A DNA stretch of 64,000 bases from the human T2T-CHM13v2.0 reference genome, Homo sapiens. Under the pieces are notes generated by a model that was not told where the DNA came from, made no database searches, and was given only the letters and a program-made list of their open reading frames with translations. Numbering within the stretch: the stretch's first letter is position 1; each line of letters begins with the position of its first letter. The position numbers and the translations under genes are program-made. The DNA lies in assembly GCF_009914755.1 (NCBI RefSeq), contig NC_060925.1, one strand, 5' to 3'. Shown here one piece after another: positions 40,975 through 53,369 of this stretch.

Positions 40975-41560
40975 TACCTAAATGAATGACTCTGGGCAAG
41001 TGACATAAAAACTTGTGAAGTGCCTTGGCTTCATCACCTGCAAAATGGAGGTAATACTACTAAGTCATGAGTTGTTACATGGGTCTAGTACCTAACACAG
41101 GTAAAGAACTTAAGACAATGCCTGCCTCAGCTTAGCAGTCAATAAATGTTAGCTATTATTATCCATGTATCAGTTTTTTGCTAACAACCAGGCACTGTGC
41201 TAGGCACTGAGGAATAATGGTGAACTAAATTGAGTGCCTGCCCTCATGGAGCTTACATGTTAATGGGGACACGAATATTAAAAAACAAACAAACCAGGGC
41301 TGAATTGTAATGAAAAGAAGCTCCATGTTTAGCTCCAGTGGCTGGGAAGGCTTGTCTGAGGCTGTGAAGAAACAGCCAGGCACAAGAAGGGGAGAGGAAG
41401 AAGAGTATCCAAGCCAAGGGAATGCACAGGCCCTGCACTAGACAAGGCCTGAAGCCAGGCTGGCTGGAGTCCTGTGCACAAGATCAGAGTAGGCAGGGTC
41501 CAGACTCCACAGGGCCTTGCAGTAAGGCGGGGGGACTTTATCCTAAGGGTGATGGAAAGC
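40975..41560. mobile_element. MIR followed by L2 fragment in TAL1 intron 5
   Basis: CTGGGCAAGTGAC...CACCTGCAAAATGGAGGTAATA...CAATAAATGTTAGCTATT; CCAGGCACTGTGCTAGGCACTG. Confidence 0.75.
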
Positions 41561-42719
41561 ACAGAGTAGGGGCTTAGAAAATGTCTGCTAACTGACCCAT
41601 CATGGTGGCAGGTGGGGAATGGAGGGGAGAGCAGAGATCGATGCAGAAGGGCTCTCATACCCAGGAGAGAAGTGAAGACACAGCTATGCACAGCCATGGC
41701 CTATAGCTCTAGGCAGGCTTCTGAAGGCTGCCTCAGTCTCCTCATGTCTACAATCCACTGACTATGGCTTGGCCCAATAGTCACTAACATTCCATGTATA
41801 AAGACTTATGGAGCAGTGGCGGATACCAGCACACATGTCTAGGGCACTTATGGTGTGCAAAGCACTGTGCTGTGTTCAAGACTCACTGGGGATTTGTAAA
41901 GCCAGGGGAAGACAGTGAAGGGTCCTACTAGTGCTCTTGAACTTCTGGGCTGAGGAGACTGCTTCTCTCCCTAACATCGAGGCACAAGCCAGGGTCACAT
42001 AGTCCAGGAAGCTCTGAGCACTGAAGGAACTGCCAGTCCTAGGATATTTATTTTCCCTCTTCTAGTAACCCCTGGAACCAGACCTCAGAGTGTGAAAACC
42101 GAGGTAGAGGAGAAGAGCTAAGACCTCACCTAAGTCCCACTGCCCATTTTATAGCTAAGGAGACTGAGGCTGGGATGGAAGCAGACCTCACCTCAGTGGT
42201 CAGTCTGTGAATCAGCTCATCCATGCCACACTTACTGCCTGATCATCTCTTTCTCTCTCCTACACGCACACAGGCATGCACATGCATGTGTGGGTGTTCA
42301 CACACACACACTTTTAATGGGAAGGATCACCATCCCCTGCCCATGGTACCTCTGAAGCTGCCTTTCCAAACCATAGCAGGCCCTAGCCCAGCTGACTGTT
42401 TGCCAAAGGCCAGACCCAGCCTGGGAAAAACACAGCACAACTGCAGGGCAGTTCTACCCTGGGCGGCCTCTGAGGAAATTACTTGCTGCTTTCAGGCCTC
42501 CAGGCCAGACAGAGAGCATCCCTCAGCAGTGACATAGGGAGGACAGTCCCTCCACCATGGCTAATGCTGGTGATCTTGAGGGAGCTCCTAGTTGGGGAGG
42601 GGGTACTTATGACTGCTGTCACAGCTGGAGCTAGACTACATCCAGAAGGGGAGATGGTGGGGAAGTGGTCAGGACTTATTCCAAAGCTTAAGACCAGTGT
42701 TATGAGGGTGGTCCAGGAC

Positions 42720-42910
42720 TTAGCTGTGTGACCCAGGACTTAGCTGTGTGACCTTGATCAAGCTGGGTAACCTCTCTCAGCCTCAATTTCCTTATCTGTG
42801 AGATGTAAACAATAATATTGCCCTCATGAGCTTGTGGTAAGGAATAAACAGAAATCAAGCACACATAGTCCATGGCACATAGTAGGTGTCCAATACATGG
42901 TAGTAGCAAT
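42720..42910 (+). mobile_element. MIR
   Basis: AGCTGTGTGACCTTG...CCTCAATTTCCTTATCTGTGAGATG...TGGCACATAGTAGG. Confidence 0.8.
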
Positions 42911-44412
42911 TCAGCAACAGGAATCCACATCAAGTCCTAACTCTAGATCTTGCATTAGTTCTACTTCTATGGACTCTTTTTGGGTTCAATCTCTAATTTC
43001 AGTGTCCCCTAGACACATCCTGCACACTCATACCCTACCCTTCGCCTACATGTCTGCCTATTCCTCTCTGGTTTTATTCCAGAGAACCACCCCCTCTCCT
43101 CACCTTCCTCTTTCCTGAGTCTGTCTACCCCTCCTGGTGTCCTCTGCCTCTCTCTGGCCAGCACTGAGTAGGTGCTCGGTAAATATTGCCAACACTTATG
43201 GATAATGACTGCCCTACACTCCTGCACACCCCACAAACCCTCGCCCCTATGCTCTGCCTCTTCTGCCTATTGTAGAAAATGCCTCATCCCTGGGGAACTT
43301 CAGGGCTGGTCCTGTCTTCTTCCTGTTTGGTACACCCACCTCTCTTAGACTAGAGAACTCCTCTCTAATCTAGCAGAAGGCACCCCTGCCTCTCAGCCCT
43401 GCACACCTGTGCCCCAGGCTGCTTGGGTCTTTTGAAGTCTTTTCTGTTGTGCAGATCCCAGCCCCGCTCCTCTCCAGAACACCACAGAGGGCTCCACTCC
43501 AGAGGCTCCAGCTCCATACTCATATTCCTCCCACCAGTTTGGAGCATAAATCCCAGCCTTGCTCTGAGGCCTTGGGCAGCCTTCCTACAGGAGCCCCAGG
43601 CCACAGCCAAGCTGAAGTTCTGGGGGCATCTGGGTCTGGCTCAAAGTCCCTCAGCTCTGAAGTGCCTGCTCTCCTACCCCTGGTGCTGGGACCAATCTAC
43701 TATACAAGGTCAACCTTGGAAAGATGGCGAGGGTCTTCCAAATCTCCCATTTGTCCAAACCACCCCTGCAAGTTCAGGGAATATTCAAGTACCTCAAAGG
43801 AGCAGTGCCAAGGCCCTTCTCGGGGAATCCAGGGGGCAAGGTAGAATCCATGATGTCAGGAAGGGAACTCCAGGTCTAAGCCCAGAATGTGTTAACGGGA
43901 GACAAGGGGAGCCTACTGTGTAGGGACCTCGGAGAAAACCCTTGATGACTCCATTGCAGGGAGGAAGCAGACTCCAGACTCTAAGGAAGACTTGGGAGGA
44001 AGTGCAGGGAATCCCTGAGGGTCAGTGCCTAGAATGGGGGATCGGGGGACACTGTGTGATTCTGCGCCCACTTGGGATCCTTGCCAAAGTGTAGGAATGG
44101 AGCCCGGACTGGGGACTGGAACTAACTCCAAAGGTTTGGGAACTAACTCCAGAGGTTTGGGCTAAGCGCCATTATGTGTCTCTCTCCCATGCCTCCTCTT
44201 TGCAGGACTGTGAGTGTGGTCCTGCTAGCCCCATCCAGGACTTTACTTAGCCCTAGCTCAGCTGCAGGGTGAAGGGCTTCGGCAGTTTGGGTTTGGAAAG
44301 TGGCCCGCCCATCTTTGTGAGATACCTACGGAGTAGTCCCAGATGTTCCCTCCTCCAGAGGGCTCTAACCAGCGTGAGGGGCAGGTACAACGGTGGGGTG
44401 GGGCAGACTCAC

Positions 44413-44507
44413 CATCAGTAATCTCCATCTCATAGGGGGAAGGTCTCCTCTTCACTCGATTGTTGGTGGTGAACATAGGGAAGGCATCCGGCTCCCCAAA
44501 GAACCCG
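44413..44507 (-). CDS. TAL1: TAL1 coding exon 5 (SGFFGEPDAFPMFTTNNRVKRRPSPYEMEITDG)
   Basis: Acceptor cacAG|C, donor G|GTGAGT; 95 nt; Met176 (short isoform start) at 44428. Confidence 0.98.
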
Positions 44508-45719
44508 CTGTGGGAGGGAACGGGCAGATCACAAGATCCCATGTTGAGGGGAGGGGAGAAAGAGCTTCCTTAGGGATCCTCCCCACATGTCTTGAGCCCC
44601 CCACCTCTGGGCAACCCTGGTCCCTTCACACTTGAGCTGGGAATAGGCACACACAGACACACACACACACATACACACGGAATGCCCTCACTCTGTCTGT
44701 CATAAAACAAGCAAAGGGAGGAAAAGACACCTAACCACACATCCCTCCACACAAACACAGGCACATATGCAGAAGCAGAGGTGAATAACACATGGAATAA
44801 ACACAAAAATGAACACACACACACACACACACACACTTCACAGATAGAAACACTCTCCATTCTCCCGCCCCAGAAACAAGCACATAATCCACACACACCT
44901 CCACTCCCAAACACATGCCCACTCAGGCAAATGTAACCTTCACACCTGATGGTGTGCATCTTGGTCACCACAAAGGGGCACACTGTCCCCTCTCCCCACC
45001 TCACCCCACCCATAAGGGGCTGTAGATACACAACAGACAGGAAACCCTGACTCCCCTCAGCTGAAATGCTCCGCCTAGCTCTCTGCCCTCACCCACCCTA
45101 AGCTCCCCATAGCTCTGTCTCGGGTGCCCGCCAGGTTCATTGACTGCCCCACACTCTATCCCTGCCCCATCTTCCGGTTTCTATTCCAACCCTATGGCTT
45201 CTCTCCCTCATCATCACAGTAGCGCCAGCAGGGAAACGGATGCCCTGACACCAACCGGAGTACAGGCTGGGGCCAGAGACCACGGCTAGGAGCAGAGGGG
45301 CTGGGAGTGGAGGGACAGGTCAGTCCTCAGGCGGGCCCTCCAGCAGAGATTCGGGGGAGGGTGCCTCTGCCACCACCCTCAGATCCTTATCTCTTGCCTG
45401 TCCAGCTAGCGCTGAGTTTCCGAATGAATTTCACACCACAAACATCTACCTCTGCTCACAGCAAAGCACATGCAGGCACACTCTTTCCTGGTACCCACGC
45501 TCAGGGGACTCCTTCCTCTCCGTCCCCCACGACACCACCACCAAGCACACCAGCCACATGCCTGCACCCGCGAAGGTGTCCACGTCCTCCTCTCGGCTTC
45601 CACACAGCCATGCACCCCGCAGCCACACGCACACTCTCTCTCACAGAAGGCCCCTCCCTCACTGGCACTCACTCGGGGGCTCCAGCTTGAGGCTCTAGAG
45701 CCACTGGGTTTAAAACGAC

Positions 45720-46470
45720 CTCCTCTGCCTGCGCTCCACCCGCTCGGCCCCCAGGGCAGGCCGCCGCCGATGTGTAGAAGGAAACCCCGGTGGGGGTGGT
45801 CGCCCTGCCCACCCGCCCAGCCCCTGGCCCCTGGCCCCTGGCCCCTGACCTGCCGAGAGAGGCCAGCGGCTGGCTGAGGCTGTAGAGCAGCGCGCGGCCG
45901 GGGGCGGCGGGGGCAGCCAGCGCGGGAGGACTCAGCTGCACCATGCGGCCGTCGCCGGGCAGCTCCGCTGTAACCGAGGCGGGCGCGGGGGCCGGGGCGG
46001 GCCCGGGAGGTCTGCACAGCTCGGTGGTGGGCACCCGATGGCGCGCTTCGGCCGTCGCCGCGTCGCGGCCCTTTAAGTCTCTCGCGGCGCCGCCCCCACC
46101 GGCAGGGCCGCCCCCCGGGCCTCCGCGCGCGCCCAGTTCGATGACTGGGGGCTCCGCTGCGGCCGCGCGGCTCGTCTCCTTGGCGACGCCGTTCAGCAGG
46201 ACCAGGTGCGGGGGGGCCATGCTGGCCTCGGCCGCGTCCCGTCCCTCTAGCTGGGGGTCACTGCGAGCCGCCTCGCTCGGCGGCCGCTCGGTCATCCTGT
46301 GGGCAGACAGACAGACAAGCGGATGCCCGCTCTGACGACCGCCCCTGACCCACCGACGTGGGCTGGGGTAAAGGGGAGAAGGGCAGAGAGAGGAACTCAC
46401 GCACCGAGACGTGAGAAGAGGCAGACAAAGTTAGCGCCACGTGGGGCTAGGGCGGGAGGCCGGTTGGGGC
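45720..46470. promoter_or_regulatory. CpG island over TAL1 exon 4 (region of internal promoter IV)
   Basis: Very high GC and CpG density. Confidence 0.85.
45850..46295 (-). CDS. TAL1: TAL1 first coding exon (exon 4), MTERPPSEAARSDPQLEG...SLSQPLASLG
   Basis: Acceptor acAG|G then ATG at 46295; donor AG|GTCAGG; 446 nt; recognisable TAL1 N-terminus; in-frame Met26 at 46220. Confidence 0.98.
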
Positions 46471-49400
46471 TAGGGTGGGAGGGAAAGAGGGTCTCTGGAT
46501 TGGGAGAAGGGAGGGGTGCCTGGGAGACACAGAGACTGAGGGCCAAAAGGACAGAGATGGAGGAAGACGACAGAGACACCGGAAGAAAAGGAATACAGCC
46601 AGCGACAGAAACACAGAAGGGGAAATCAGGAGGAAGGAAATGTACAAGGAGGCAAGAAAGAGATTACTCTGTCCCCTTTCTCAGGCCTAAAGGGAAGAGG
46701 AGGGAACAAATTCCGGATCGTGCTCTTTGGTTTTAGCGGGGAATCTGTCAGGCAGGGGTTCGTTGCTTTAGGAACCTCCCTTGGCCTCTCAGCAATATTC
46801 CCAGCCCACCTACAGGCACACACCCAGAAACCCGGTGCGGATGGAAGTAGGGAATTAGAAAGTGGAGGCTACGGGGACTGGGATCCACTCCGCCAGAGCT
46901 GGCAGAGAATAATCCCGAGGAACCAGCTCCCTCCACACACACACACACACACATTCGCCCCCGCTGGGGAGTGAGGGAGTGTCTGTCTACACTGAGCAAA
47001 TCCACTGTGAGTCCTTTGCCCGCCCAGCGGATCTTTACTCCCACTCAGACAGAGATGAGAGGTCGCCAAGGGAAGAAGATGGTGCTGGCCCAACCTCCCT
47101 GCACAGTCCACCTCGTTCTGCTCAGCTGGACTCTGAAGTGAGGTCGAGTCTCAAAGAGAGGCCTGGCTGAGGTAGAATGGAGCTGGGCATTTGAAGGGTT
47201 CCCTGAGGCCAGTGGGGTCTGGACTCCCATCCAAGAGCAGGACAGGATGTCATGAGGCCCTTGAACTCTTCCAGCCCCCCTCACCGCCATCTCCTGCCTT
47301 GGTGTTCTTTGGGAAATGGGAGGAATACCTCCTTTATGCATTTGAAAGTGCTGTGCAAACGTTCAAGTAAACATTATTAACAAGGAGAATGGGCCAGTGA
47401 GAAAACTGCCTGGCCGAATGTCAAGTCACTCACAGCCTATCTGTGAGAGAGCCAGACCAGAGCAATAATCTCACTTTGCTCAACCCTCCTGTATTCCCAG
47501 AGCAGTGAAACCACCTTGTGCCCCCACAAGCATACTCCGAGATGACCACAGCCACTCTACTTCCCACAGGTGTGCTGGGGCTCTTCCATCACCTGGCTTC
47601 ATCCAGATAGAGCTGGGCACCAGCAAGAACCAAAACAGAAAAATCAGGAGACTCAAGGGCCAGAGTTTGTGAGTTGTGAGTTGTACATATATGATCAACA
47701 CCACATAAGTTGTTTAAAATAAGCTTTCTGCTCTCTGAATTATATAATTGGGTATTTAAAAGAAGAAAACAAATACAAAAAAACAATTTACCCCCATGCA
47801 GAGTCCATCTAAATCATACATAGCAGCCATTGAGCTCCCATACTGCCACTGCAATGCTCTGGACAGGAGTCATCCTAGGAACCATCCCTCCCACCCCAGA
47901 AGGGAGAATGGATCATCTGCAGCCTCCTCTGGAGCTTGGCTCAATTGCCACTAGACACCCAGGATGACAGAGAGTCAAGATTCAGACTGCTGTACACCTT
48001 CTTTGGGAATGCCAGCCCCCCAGGTCTGGCACAGAAACCACAAAATTCCCTAAGTCCTGGTGTATACAAGCTGTAAAGGCAGTAGGTCCCTGACACTTCA
48101 TTGGAAGTGAGCTTATGATTTTGGTGGAGACAATAGGTCTCTATCCATAGAATGCAACCACCAAGACACCAAGGCCACTGGAAATGCACCAGAAGTATAT
48201 CAGCCAGGTCCTCTTGCTCCCAGCAGCAGCGAAATGTGCCAGAAATATACCAACCCCTGGGAAACATACAAGCTTCAAGGTATTGGTTCCCTACCTCACT
48301 GCTCTCCGTCCTGACACACCGGTGTGAGCCCAGTGATCCATGCTTAAGCCCCAGCTTCTAACCGAGTGACAGTGTGCACTGCAGTTGCAGACTGAGCTCA
48401 AGCTCTGTTATGACACATTTTTACCCTCCAATTAATTCTTAGGCTCCTGCTCTAGCGGTGGATTCCTGAGAGGCAATGGGAGTACATATTCCAGATGAAT
48501 TGACCCTGGCCACAAATGTCCTCTCCAGACACCTATAAATATCCCATCGCCAAGGTTCCTTGTAAGAAATATATGATTGGATCCCAGGATCTGTGGAGGA
48601 CCTCTCCCGGCTCCTCCCCACATTTTAGGAAAATCCTGCCGGTTTAGGATTACCAGCCAGAGGTCCATGCCCCAAAGAAGCCACTCACAAACACTGATGG
48701 TTGTTGGCGACTAAGCTGCATCACTTGATTTGGATTACAGAAAGGAACGCCCGAGAGATTTTGTTTGTTTTTATTTGGGGAGAATGAAGGAGGAGGGAGA
48801 TTTTAGACTGAATCGTTCTAGAGTATTTGACGACTACAGCTCCTCTCTCTTTGTACTACGGAGACCCTGCTTATAGCCCCCAACAGGAAATCCTCATCTG
48901 CAGTTGCCAGACAGCCAGAATATTTCCACCTGTGCCAGAACAAGACAGAAGACCCCAGGAGATTCTTCCTGGGGACAGGTCTCAAGCAGACCCAATCCCC
49001 CATACAGAGAATTTCTTAGATGAAAACAGCCTCAGGCCCTTAGACCCAGCCTCTGGTCTCTCTTCTGGGCCCACACCAGCACAACACCCTGGAGAAGCCC
49101 CAAGCCTGCACAAGTACCAAACCCACCAGGGAACAGCACCACCATCCTCGCCTCTACCGGAGAAGAGGGGTGTTCCTGCCTCCCCACCCTAGGCCTCAGG
49201 CCTGGGATCAGGGCCCACTCGAGCTGGGACTGCACTAGCCAGGAAGGCTGCCGCCTTCCTCCTGCGGGAGCTCCAGGCACAGTCTGTACCACCCGGATAC
49301 AGCCGCCCCAAAGTTACCGGCCTTGGGAAACGTCCACAGAACCGGGACCAATGGGAAAGGCCTGGACGACTAAGTCCAACTAGCTGGTTTTACCCTGGGT

Positions 49401-49611
49401 GGAAAAGGGAAAAAGCCGCTGAATGCCACAGAGGCAGCTACAGCAGTCAGATCCCGATTCCAAGCTCTGGCTGGTCCTCCCCTCCCCCCACCCCCAATCT
49501 GAGAATGGGCTCTCCTCTGTCCTGAGCCTTCCTCACCCCAGGCCGGAACACAAGGCCTTCCTAGACACCGTTTCCACCGGCACCATTCCCCTGAAAACTC
49601 ACCTGGGGCAT
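46258..49611 (-). CDS. Spliced TAL1 overlapping uORF, MPQDDRAAAERGGSQ* (49611-49603 joined to 46296-46258)
   Basis: ATG 9 nt before the exon 3 donor; after splicing it reads out of frame across the main ATG and stops at TGA 46260-46258, upstream of Met26. Confidence 0.8.
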
Positions 49612-49758
49612 ATTTAGAGAGACCGGCCCCTCTGAATAGGATCTCCACTCCGCCGGAAAGGGGCGGAAGCCGAGGAAGAGGATGCACACCCGGGTCTTTG
49701 CTTTCCCCCTTTTTCGCTGAGAGGCCTGCAGTTACGCTGCGGTGTGGTCCTGGGCGAT
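49603..49758 (-). other. TAL1: TAL1 5'UTR exon (exon 3) ending in the uORF start ATG CCC CAG
   Basis: Strong donor CAG|GTGAGT at 49603/49602; acceptor is the first AG after a long pyrimidine tract (ggcAG|ATCG); 5' boundary less certain. Confidence 0.75.
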
Positions 49759-49862
49759 CTGCCGCGCCCAAAGCGAGTTTCCAGGAAAGATAGGGGTGGA
49801 GAGAAAGAGGCAGGGCAAGAGGGAGGGAGAGAGAGAAATGGGGGTCAATGGCTGGGAATTAC

Positions 49863-50220
49863 CTCCTGTCCCCGACCAACCAGTCCAGGGAATCGCAAAC
49901 AGCTTTCCGCCCCCAACCTGCAGGTGTTTGGAGCCTTTCCTCTACCCCCTCCTCCCCCCACCCGCCTTAAAAAACCCTATACATGACCAATCAGGAATAG
50001 CTATTTAGTCCAACAGCAACAACAACCCCTCCCGACAGGCTGTCTGGAACATTTTCGAACCCTCCAACTGGGATCGGTCTGGTTCAGTGTTTGTTTTCTA
50101 AGCAGGGAGGTGTCTACGCGGTTGCCTCCTCAGCCAGGTCTCCGGCTGCCGCTACACCGCGAAGGGATAGTCCCGGGCCTGGATGGGCGGAGGTCCGTGT
50201 TGGGAAAGGCGAATAGTCTT
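49863..50220 (-). other. TAL1: TAL1 alternative non-coding upstream exon (2-type); only the donor is well supported
   Basis: Donor GAG|GTAATT at 49863/49862 gives a ~104 nt intron to exon 3; CpG-rich; 5' end unknown. Confidence 0.45.
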
Positions 50221-52259
50221 CAGACTCTGGTCGGTGGGACAGAACCTTGAAGTCCCCCCCACCTCATTCTCTCTCTGACCCCCATCCACCCACCTCCAGC
50301 CCAAAGCGAAACCAGAACCCAATTCCAGGGGCTGTACTTTCCTACAGAAATGGAGTTGGGAAGGGGGCTTGGAGAGAGATATCTGATCTGTTCAGGTCCT
50401 TTCTCGTCTCCCTACTGATTAAGAGAAAGAAGAAAGAGAGAGGAAGAGAGAGACAGAAAAAGAAAAGGAAATAAAGACCAACAAAGGGGGAAAGAAAGAA
50501 ACAAAGGGGAAAAGTCCCCCACCTTCCCCTCCACCACCCCTACGAAATGATTTTCGATTTTTCGGGGTTTAGACAGAGTAAGGGAGAATTCTAATGATTT
50601 GTTACAGCAATAAACAAGGTAAAAGGAAAGGAGGTAAAAACAAACCCGACACTACTTTCAAGGATGTAGCAGGATTGAGCTTGCTTTTATTTTTTCCTAG
50701 TGGATTTTGTTTAATTTGTTTTGCCTAAATCGTCAGGCTTATGATCACACATCGAAGTCTTGGATTAACTGCGAAGGCCTCCTTCTATTTGCCGCGGCTT
50801 TGGTGGACATATAGGAATAATTCTTCCCTGGATTGCAATACAATGCGGAAGATTTTCTTTCTCCTCTTCTAATCCAAAAGAGGGGAGGGGAGGAAAGAAG
50901 AGGGGAATCCATCCATTCCCGGCGTGTTCGCGGGGGGTTAATGTTGCGTGTTCGCTGGGGGTTAATGTTTGCCTTATGACCAAGTCTCTGTGTCCGTGCC
51001 TCTCTCCATTTTCTCTTCCTACCTCAAACCCAGCAACTTAGAAAACGGCTGTAGCGGAAAAAAACCCGCTGCTTTGTTCTCCCGCCAAAGGAGCCAAAAG
51101 GGACAAACTGCTGCGCTCTGGGATGATTATTTTAATTAAAATAGATGTTAATGATGACGATTGTGATGGTGATGGCATTAGCAATTACAATAATTGACAA
51201 AACAAAATTCTTTCAACCCGAGCTAGGGCCCCACTAACCCGGTCCCTCCCAGAGCCCGGATTCGGCCTCGGTCTCGGATGCGACGGGTATCAGACCCAAG
51301 CGGCAACGTCGCTCACCCGAAGAGGGGGCGGGAAAATCTTCCCAGGAGGTGATCCCGAATGTCCCCACCCGAGGCTCGAGGCCTGGTGAATGTGCCCATT
51401 GTCCTTTCGGGGCCTCTCCCTTGGAGCCCGGCGGCCGCACCCACGAAACTGACCAGAAATGGATGAAGCCGGAGTGCAGCGGGAACCGAAGCCCGCAGCT
51501 ACCGGCTCGAAGGCGCCGGCCTCGGCGAGCGCTGCTCAGCTTCAAGCCTGGAGGAGCCTCCCACTCACCAACGAACCCCTCAAACACCTAGGCACAGGCG
51601 GGCCTCCGGGCAGAGCAGCCGCCGACCGGGCGCTGTCCGCCCACCCAAGCCAACAACTGGCTCCCGAATACATCATAATTTGGAATAAAATGTGAAATCC
51701 CGCTCCCCGCCCCCATGCCGCCGCCCCCACCAGCGCCTCGATCTCTCGCTCGCCCTCCCCCCACTCCCGCCCCCAGCGATTTGCAAACGCACCTCTAAAG
51801 GACACAGGCACACAGGCATACAACTCAGTGCGGACAGGACCACACAGGGTCCAGCCCCACAGAAGGGCAGCAAACAAACACCACCTAGCACTGCCCCAGA
51901 AGCCGACTTGGTCAGCCCCGCACACTGCCCAACAGGACACAACGAAATCAGTCAAACGCAGCGGCTCACGGACACACAATCCAGCACAGTCGGGATCACA
52001 CACGCCCGACATAACGACGACACCACCCAAACACAGTCGCAGGGGCCACACACCCCCACACACAGAATCAGATCCCTGCTGAGAACACCAACGGAGCACA
52101 ATCGTACGCAACGAAGAAAACGCAGAAGGGCCTCGAAGGGTCCACATCTACACACCCCAACCGCGCAGGCACACCACACTCGGACACAGAGCCTGTCGCC
52201 AAGAAGACCACACTTAGAAGCAGCCAACGCCGCCCACAGTTCTCATGAACGCACTCTCA

Positions 52260-52560
52260 CAATCCCACCGCATGCACACAACCACGAAGAAGAAATGAAA
52301 ACCAACCACAGCCTCGCGCATTTCTGTATATTGCGTAAGGAAAAGGGGGAAGGAAGGAAGAGAGTCTCCGAGGCGGGAGGGGCGGCGGCAGCCGGGGCGG
52401 GGGCGTCCGTGGAAAATGCCCCCCCACCGCCCCCCCCGGCCATCGAAAGGAACCGAGGGAAAGGGAGCGAAGACCTCTTTTGCGGACGTGGGGAAAAAGA
52501 GGAGGAAATTGATGAAGAATTCGGTGGGAGGCCGCGGGTTGCTTTTCCCCTAGAAAAAGG
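52260..52560 (-). promoter_or_regulatory. TAL1: TAL1 promoter 1b / exon 1b region
   Basis: GC boxes and Ets-like GAGGAA ~250 bp downstream of 1a; boundaries not determined. Confidence 0.6.
52307..52334 (+). other. Cryptic 12-RSS, probable STIL-TAL1 type 1 deletion breakpoint
   Basis: Heptamer CACAGCC + 12-nt spacer + poor nonamer GTATATTGC, facing STIL so TAL1 coding exons are retained; assignment from memory. Confidence 0.6.
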
Positions 52561-52717
52561 CCAGAATGCTCACGTTTTTCCGCTACGGGGGTACGCGTGT
52601 GGCCATTTTGAGGCCCGGTCCTGAGCGGCGGCGGCCCGGCCCCTCCCGCGGCCCCCGCTCCCCCGCCCGCCCCGCGCCCGCCCGGCCCCTCCACCGACGC
52701 GCTGTAATCCCACTCAC

Positions 52718-52850
52718 GTTCCAGGCCTCGTTAGCATGGGCCGAGGCGCGCCGGGGCCGTGTGCGCCGCAGAGATAAGGCACTGCCGCGGGTCCGCCCGC
52801 CCCCGATAAGCGCCTCGGCCATTATGGGCCAAATGATTCATTTTAATTTG
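52718..52850 (-). promoter_or_regulatory. TAL1: TAL1 promoter 1a and short exon 1a
   Basis: AGATAA 52772-52777, GC box ~52793-52804, GATAAG 52805-52810, AP-1-like TGATTCA 52834-52840; spacing fits the known -37/-63/-69/-101 layout (TSS ~52737); donor AAC|GTGAGT at 52718/52717. Confidence 0.88.
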
Positions 52851-53369
52851 GCAATTTCACCGGAGGGAGTGGGGACTGGTTGAGCGGCGCTAGGACCGGC
52901 TCCGGAACGCGCTGCGGGGAGCGTTGGACGCGCTGTCTAGGACCCAGCAGATCCAGCCCCCATCTCTAATCCCAAGGCCTCTCAGGAACCCCAGCTTCCC
53001 ACAACCTCAGTCCCTTAACCTTTCAGACACCTTTCTTCAGCGACTCTCACCCCAGCACTCTGTCCCTACCTCTGAAGACCACCATGATACCAAAATCGTC
53101 ACCTCCCAGGGCTTCTTTCTTATTCTTCCTCCAGTGTCCCAGACACCCAGATTTCAATGGGCAGTCTCCCTATCCCAGAAAGCTCCCCAGCCCTTCCCTA
53201 CCTCTTCACCCCCTTCTAAAATAGAGCCGGTAACTCAAATCCATGGGCTCTACGGCGGCCTGGCAGAACCCCTGTCAATAGGGACATAAAATGCCTATTC
53301 TGCTAGGTTTCAGGCTGAGCCCAGAGCCCAGGAACACTGCTCCCCACATGGTATTTAAAAAAAAAAAAA

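Larger units (their letters stand above)
49200..52960. promoter_or_regulatory. TAL1 5' CpG-island domain (patchy; interrupted by AT-rich and CA-rich blocks)
   Basis: CpG-dense blocks at ~49250-50230, 51230-51790 and 52360-52940; no interspersed repeats recognised. Confidence 0.8.

Noticed and set aside
46296-46400. N-terminal extension of TAL1 implied by ORF 45669-46400
   Set aside because: It is the intronic pyrimidine tract before the acceptor at 46296; the part beyond 45850 is likewise intron.
51692-52624. 310-aa plus-strand ORF antisense to the TAL1 5' region
   Set aside because: Non-ATG start; T-poor CA/GC-rich composition suppresses stop codons; low-complexity His/Thr/Pro/Arg product with no recognisable domain.
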